Position numbers and translations under genes: made by a program. From contig NC_090372.1 in NCBI RefSeq assembly GCF_036365525.1, positions 50,149,680 to 50,213,679 of the forward strand: a DNA stretch of 64,000 nt. The letters run 5' to 3'. The notes below the pieces were generated by a model that did no database searches, was not told the DNA's origin, and was given only the letters and a program-made list of their open reading frames with translations. Below are positions 59,101 through 64,000 of this stretch, one piece after another. Within the stretch, counting starts at the first letter, position 1, and each line of letters begins with the position of its first letter. This DNA is from Heterodontus francisci (taxonomy: Eukaryota).

Positions 59101-62100
59101 AGAAACATAGAAACATAGAAATATAGGAGCAGGAGTAGGCCGTTCGGCCCTTCGGGCCTGCTCTGCCACTTAAAAAAGATTATGGCTGATCGTCTAATTC
59201 GGTACCTTGTTCCCGCTTTCTCCTCATATCCCTTGATCCCTTTGGCATTAAGAAATATATCTATCTTCTTCTTGAATATATTTAATGACATCCTCCACTG
59301 TCTTCTGTGGTAGAGAATTCCACAGGTTCACCATCCTCTGAGTGAAGAAATTTCTCCTCATCTCGGTTCTAAATGGCATACTCCGTATCCTGAGACTGTG
59401 ACCCCTGGTCCTGGATTCCCACGACATTGGGAACATCTAGCCTGTCTAGTCCTGTTAGAATTTTATAGATTTCTATGAGATCTCCTCTCATTCTTCAAAA
59501 CTCTAGTGAATCTAGGCCTAGTCGACCCAATCTCTCCTCATACGCCAATCCTGCCATCCCAGGAATCAGCCTAGTAAATCTTCTTTGCACTCCCTCCATG
59601 GCAAAAACATCCTTCCTCAGATAGGGAGAGCAAAACTGCATACAGTACTCCAGATGTGGTCTCACCTGTATAACTGTATAACTGCAGTAAGACATCCTTG
59701 CTCCTGTACTGAAATCCTCTTGCAATGAAGGCTAACATACCATTCGCCTTCCTAACTGTTTGCTGCAACTGAATGCTTGCTTTCAGCGACTGGTGTACAA
59801 GGACACCCAGGTCTCGTTGCACCCCACCTCCCCCCTTTCCCAATCTATCACCATTCAGATAATAATCTGCCTTTCTGTTTTTAACAACCAAAGTGGGTAA
59901 CCTCACATTTGTCCATCACCCAACTTGTACAGATCACATTGGAGTCTCTTTGCATCCTCCTCACAGCTCACTTTCTTCCCCAGCTTTGTGTCACCTGCAA
60001 ATGTGGAAATGTTACATTTAGTTCCCTCACCCAAGTCATTAATATATATTGTGAATAGCTGGGGCCCAAGCACTGATCCCTGCGGTACCCCACTAGTCAC
60101 TGCCTGCCACCCAGAAAAAGACCCGTTTATTCCTACTCTCTGTTTCCTGTCTGTCAACCAATTCTCAATCCATGCCAGTATATTACCCCCAATCCCATGT
60201 GTTTTAATTTTTCACACTAACCTCTTATGTGGGACCTTATCAAAAGCCTTCTGAAAATCCAAATACACCACATCCACTGGTTCTCCCTTATCTATTCTAC
60301 TAGTTACATCCTCAAAAAACTCCAGTAGATTTGTTAAGCATGATTTCCCTTTCGTAAATCCATGCTGACTTTGCCCAATCCTGTTTATGCTTTCCAGGTG
60401 TTCGGCTATCACATCCTTTATAATAGACTCTAGCATTTTCCCCACTACTAATGTAAGGCTAACTGGTCTGTAATTCCCTGTTTTTTCTCTCCTTTTTTAA
60501 ATAGTGGGGTTACGTTTGCCACCCTCCAATCAATAGGAACTGCTCCAGAGTCTATAGAATTTTGGAAGATGACCACCAATGCATCCACTATTTCCAGGGC
60601 CATTTCCTTTTGTACTCTGGGATGTAGATTATCAGGCCCAGGGGATATGTCCACCTTTAATCAGATTAATTTCCCTAGCAGTATTTTTTTTCTAATACTG
60701 ATTTCCTTCAATTCCTCCCTCTCATTTGACCCCTGGTTCCCTAATATTTCTTGAAGGTTATTTGTGTCCTCGTTTGTGAAGACAGAACCAAAGTATGTGT
60801 TTAATTGTTCTGCCATTTCTTTGTTCTCCATTATAATTTCCCCCGTTTCTGACTGTAAGGGACCTACATTTGTCTTCATTAATCTTTTTCTCTTCACATA
60901 TTTATAGAAGCTTTTACAGTCAGTTTTTATGTTCCCCGCAAGTTTACTCTCATACTCTATTCTCCCCCGCTTAATCAACCTCTTTGTCCTGCTTTGCTGA
61001 ATTCTAAAATGCTTTTTCTGGCAATTTTATATGCCTCCTCGTTGGATCTAATACTATCCCTAATTTCTTTTGTAAGCCACGGTTAAGCCACCTTTCCGGT
61101 TTTATTTTTGCGCTAGACAGGAATGAATAATTGTTGTAATTCATGCACACGTTCTTTAAATATTATCCATTGCCTATCCAGCGTCAACCCTTTTAGTAAA
61201 GTTCCCCAATCTACCATAGCCAACTCGCGCCTCATATCTTCGTAGATTCCTTTATTTAGATTCAGGACGCTAGTTTCGGATTCAACTACTTCATTCCCCA
61301 TCTTAATGAAGAATTCTATCATATTATGGTTGCTCTTCCCCAAGGGACCTCGCACAACTAGATTGGTAATTAATCCTTTCTCATTGCACAATACCCAGTC
61401 TAGGATAGCCTGTTCTCTAGTTGGTTCCTCAACGTCTTGGTCTAAAAAACCATCATGCACACACTCCAGGAAATCCTCCTCCACAGTATTATTATTAATT
61501 TGGTTTGCCCAATCCATATGTAGATTAATATCACCCATGATTACAGTTGTACCCTTATTGCATGTGTCTCTAATTTCCTGTTTAATGCCATCCCTTATAT
61601 CTCCACTACTATTTGGGTGCCTATAGACAACCCCCACCAATGTATTCTGCCCCCTGGTGTTTCTTAGCTCCACCCATACAGATTCCACATCATGATTTTC
61701 TGAGCCAATAATCTTCCTCACTATTGCATTGATTTCCTCCTTAACTAACAATGCTACCTCACCTCCTTTCCCTTTTTGCCTGTCCTTCCTAAATATTGAA
61801 TATTGAATCTATTTGTGTTGCTAATTCACCGACCTTATTGCTCTTGCTCCACGCATTCAGACACAATGCCTTTAGACTTGTCTTTTTAACATTGTTAGTC
61901 ATCTTATCTTTTTTGCACTCTGGCCCCATTTGTTTCTCATCCTTATTTTCTCTGCCTTCTACTTTTGCTTCTTACTTTTCTGTCTTTCATTTCTATCCTT
62001 GTTTCCCTCTCCTCTGTCTCCCTGCTCAGATTTCCATCCCCCTGCCATTCCAGTTTAAACCCTCTCTGACAGCACTAGCAAATACCCCCCCCCCCCCCCC

Positions 62101-63442
62101 CGCCGAGGAAATTGGTCCCAGTCTTGCCCAGATGCAACCCGTCCAGCTTGTATTGGTCCCACCTTCCCCAGAACCGGTTCCAATGTCCCAGGAATCTGAA
62201 TCCCTCCCCACTACACCATTTCTCCAGCCACATATTCATCTGAAATATCTTGCTATTTCTGCTTTTGCTTGCATGTGGCACTAGTAGTAATCCTGAGATT
62301 ACTACCTTTGAGGTCCTACTTTTTAATTTATGTCCTAACTCCCTATATTCAGCTTGTGGGACCTCATCCCTTTTTTGACCTATGTCGTTGGTACCGATAT
62401 ATACCATGACACTGGCTGCTCGCCCTCCCCCCTCAGAATGCCCTGCAGCCGCTCAGTGACATCCCTGACCCTAGCACCAGAGAAGCAACATATCATCCTG
62501 GAGTCTCTTTTGTAGCTGCAGAAACGCCTGTCTGTTCCCCTTATGATTGAATCCTCTATCACTATAACCCTGCCACACTTCTTCCTTCCCTCCTGTGCAG
62601 CAGAGCCACCCATGGTGCCATGAACTTGGCTCTTGCTGCTTTCCCCTGAGCCATCTCCCCCAACAATATCCAAAGCGGTATATCTGTTAGAGAGGGGGAT
62701 GGTCACAGGGGACCCGTTGTAGTCAACGGGGAACCGGACAGCGGGACGACCTTTCTTCCTCTACTCTGCCTGATGATCACCCATTCCCTTTATGCCTTTG
62801 CAGCATTACCACCTCGCTAAACGTGCTATCCACGACGATCTCAGTATCGCGGATGCTCCACAGTGAATCCACCCGCAGCTCCAGCTCCGTAATGCGGGTG
62901 GCCAGTAGCTGCAGATGGATACACTTCCTGCACATATGGTAGTCAGGGACACTGGAAGAGTCCTTGATTTCCCACATAGCGCAGGAGGAGCATATCACAG
63001 GTACGAGCTCTCCTGCCATGTCTTACCTTTAGATTACTTAGTTACTTCCTTTAATTAAAAAATACTGATTACGCTAGGGGCCTTGTTCTACTCCAAACAC
63101 TACCCACTACAATCTAAAGTCCTTACCTTTACTTTTGAAGCTAATGCAGTAGTATAAATAGTAGAAAAAGTAGAGAAACTCACCTGAACCTACTTACCAA
63201 TCAGCTGCTTTCCTGCGCCCATGTCACTTTTTGAATCCTGACGTCACTTGGAATTCCGCCATCTGGGTTCTCCTCTCTCCCGCTCTTTTATGGCCACTGC
63301 CGCCGGGCTCTGGGTCTTCCTCTCTCCCGCTCTTTTATGGCCGCTGCCGCCGGTCTCTGGGTCCTCCTCTCTCCTGCTCTTTTATGGCCGTTGCCGCCGG
63401 CCTCTGGGTCCCCCTCTCTCCTGCTCTTTTATGGCCGCCGGC
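59101..63442 (-). mobile_element. Near full-length CR1 LINE (ORF1 Zn-finger and SGNH esterase, ORF2 APE-RT), inactivated
   Basis: ORF1 pieces CSSCAMW...CRKC, VIVIEDSIIR, YIGTNDIG, DGLHL; ORF2 VYLDFQKAFDKVPH and SGVPQGSVLGP; tail (CTATGTTT)n at 59101-59120. Confidence 0.93.
63256..63442. repeat. 47-bp tandem repeat (about 4 copies) at the CR1 5' end
   Basis: Units start with TGGGT at 63264, 63311, 63358 and 63405. Confidence 0.92.
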
Positions 63443-64000
63443 TTAAGCATGATGCTGGAGGACTGGAGGACTGCTAACGTTGAGGAGATAACAAATAAGG
63501 TCAATGATTGTAGCATATTTGATGTAATCTACATAGATTTTAGCAAAGATTTTGACAAAATCCCAGACTGGTCAAAAAAGTAAGTACCCATGGGATCCAA
63601 GGACGAGTTAAGTTGGATCCAAATTGCCTCAGTGGCAGGAAGCAAAAGGTAATGGTTGATGGGTGTTTTTGTAACGGGAACTCCAGTTCCAGTTCCAGTT
63701 CCAGTGGGGTTCCGCAGGACTCAGTACTAGATCCCTTGCTTCTCATGGTATATATCAATGATTTATACTTAAGTGTTGGGGGATGATTAAGAAGTTTGCT
63801 GATAATACAAAAATTTGTATGGTTCATAGTGAAGAAGAAAGCTGTGGACTGCAGGAAGATATCAATGGACTGGTCAGGTGGGCAGAAAAGTGGCAAATGG
63901 AATTCAAGCTGGAGAAATGTGAGGTAATGCATTTGAGGAGGACCAACAAGAGAATGAACAATAAATAGTAGGATACCGATAAGTGTACAAGAACAGAGGG

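Larger units (their letters stand above)
58511..64000 (+). mobile_element. CR1 LINE split by the antisense CR1 (pieces 58511-59100 and about 63445-64000)
   Basis: LKVDKSPGPD...TIIFQPSLA before the insertion; MLEDWRTANV, DFSKDFDK and KKFADNTKI after it. Confidence 0.85.

Noticed and set aside
63256-63442. Regularly spaced repeats resembling a CRISPR array
   Set aside because: Head-to-tail 47-bp units with no unique spacers, in vertebrate DNA with no cas genes.

Overview
Eukaryotic, repeat-dense vertebrate DNA. The HE1/V-SINE, Deu-SINE, CR1/HER1, RTE and Penelope repertoire points to a cartilaginous fish (shark or ray). The only host protein-coding gene I can support is a five-exon preproendothelin-1 (EDN1) on the + strand (CDS 42254-47911, 223 aa), which the ORF track misses. 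Its mature peptide is [21 protein letters not shown], its proximal promoter carries NFI/GATA/AP-1/TATA motifs ordered as in mammals, and its 3'UTR has let-7 and miR-1 seed matches plus AUUUA motifs. The rest is nested transposon debris: CR1 and RTE LINEs (two with twin-priming-type inversions), a decayed Gypsy element, solo LTRs, hAT and PIF/Harbinger DNA transposons (several with readable TIRs and TSDs), Penelope elements with minimal hammerhead-ribozyme motifs and fold-back structure, a near-perfect 240-bp inverted repeat just downstream of EDN1, and a 1.8-kb C-rich minisatellite. I found no clearly new multi-gene system. The best leads are the hammerhead-bearing fold-back Penelope insertions, the unexplained inverted repeat and the variant endothelin. 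Comparisons with human sequences are from memory and need alignment; most repeat boundaries are approximate unless a TSD is quoted.
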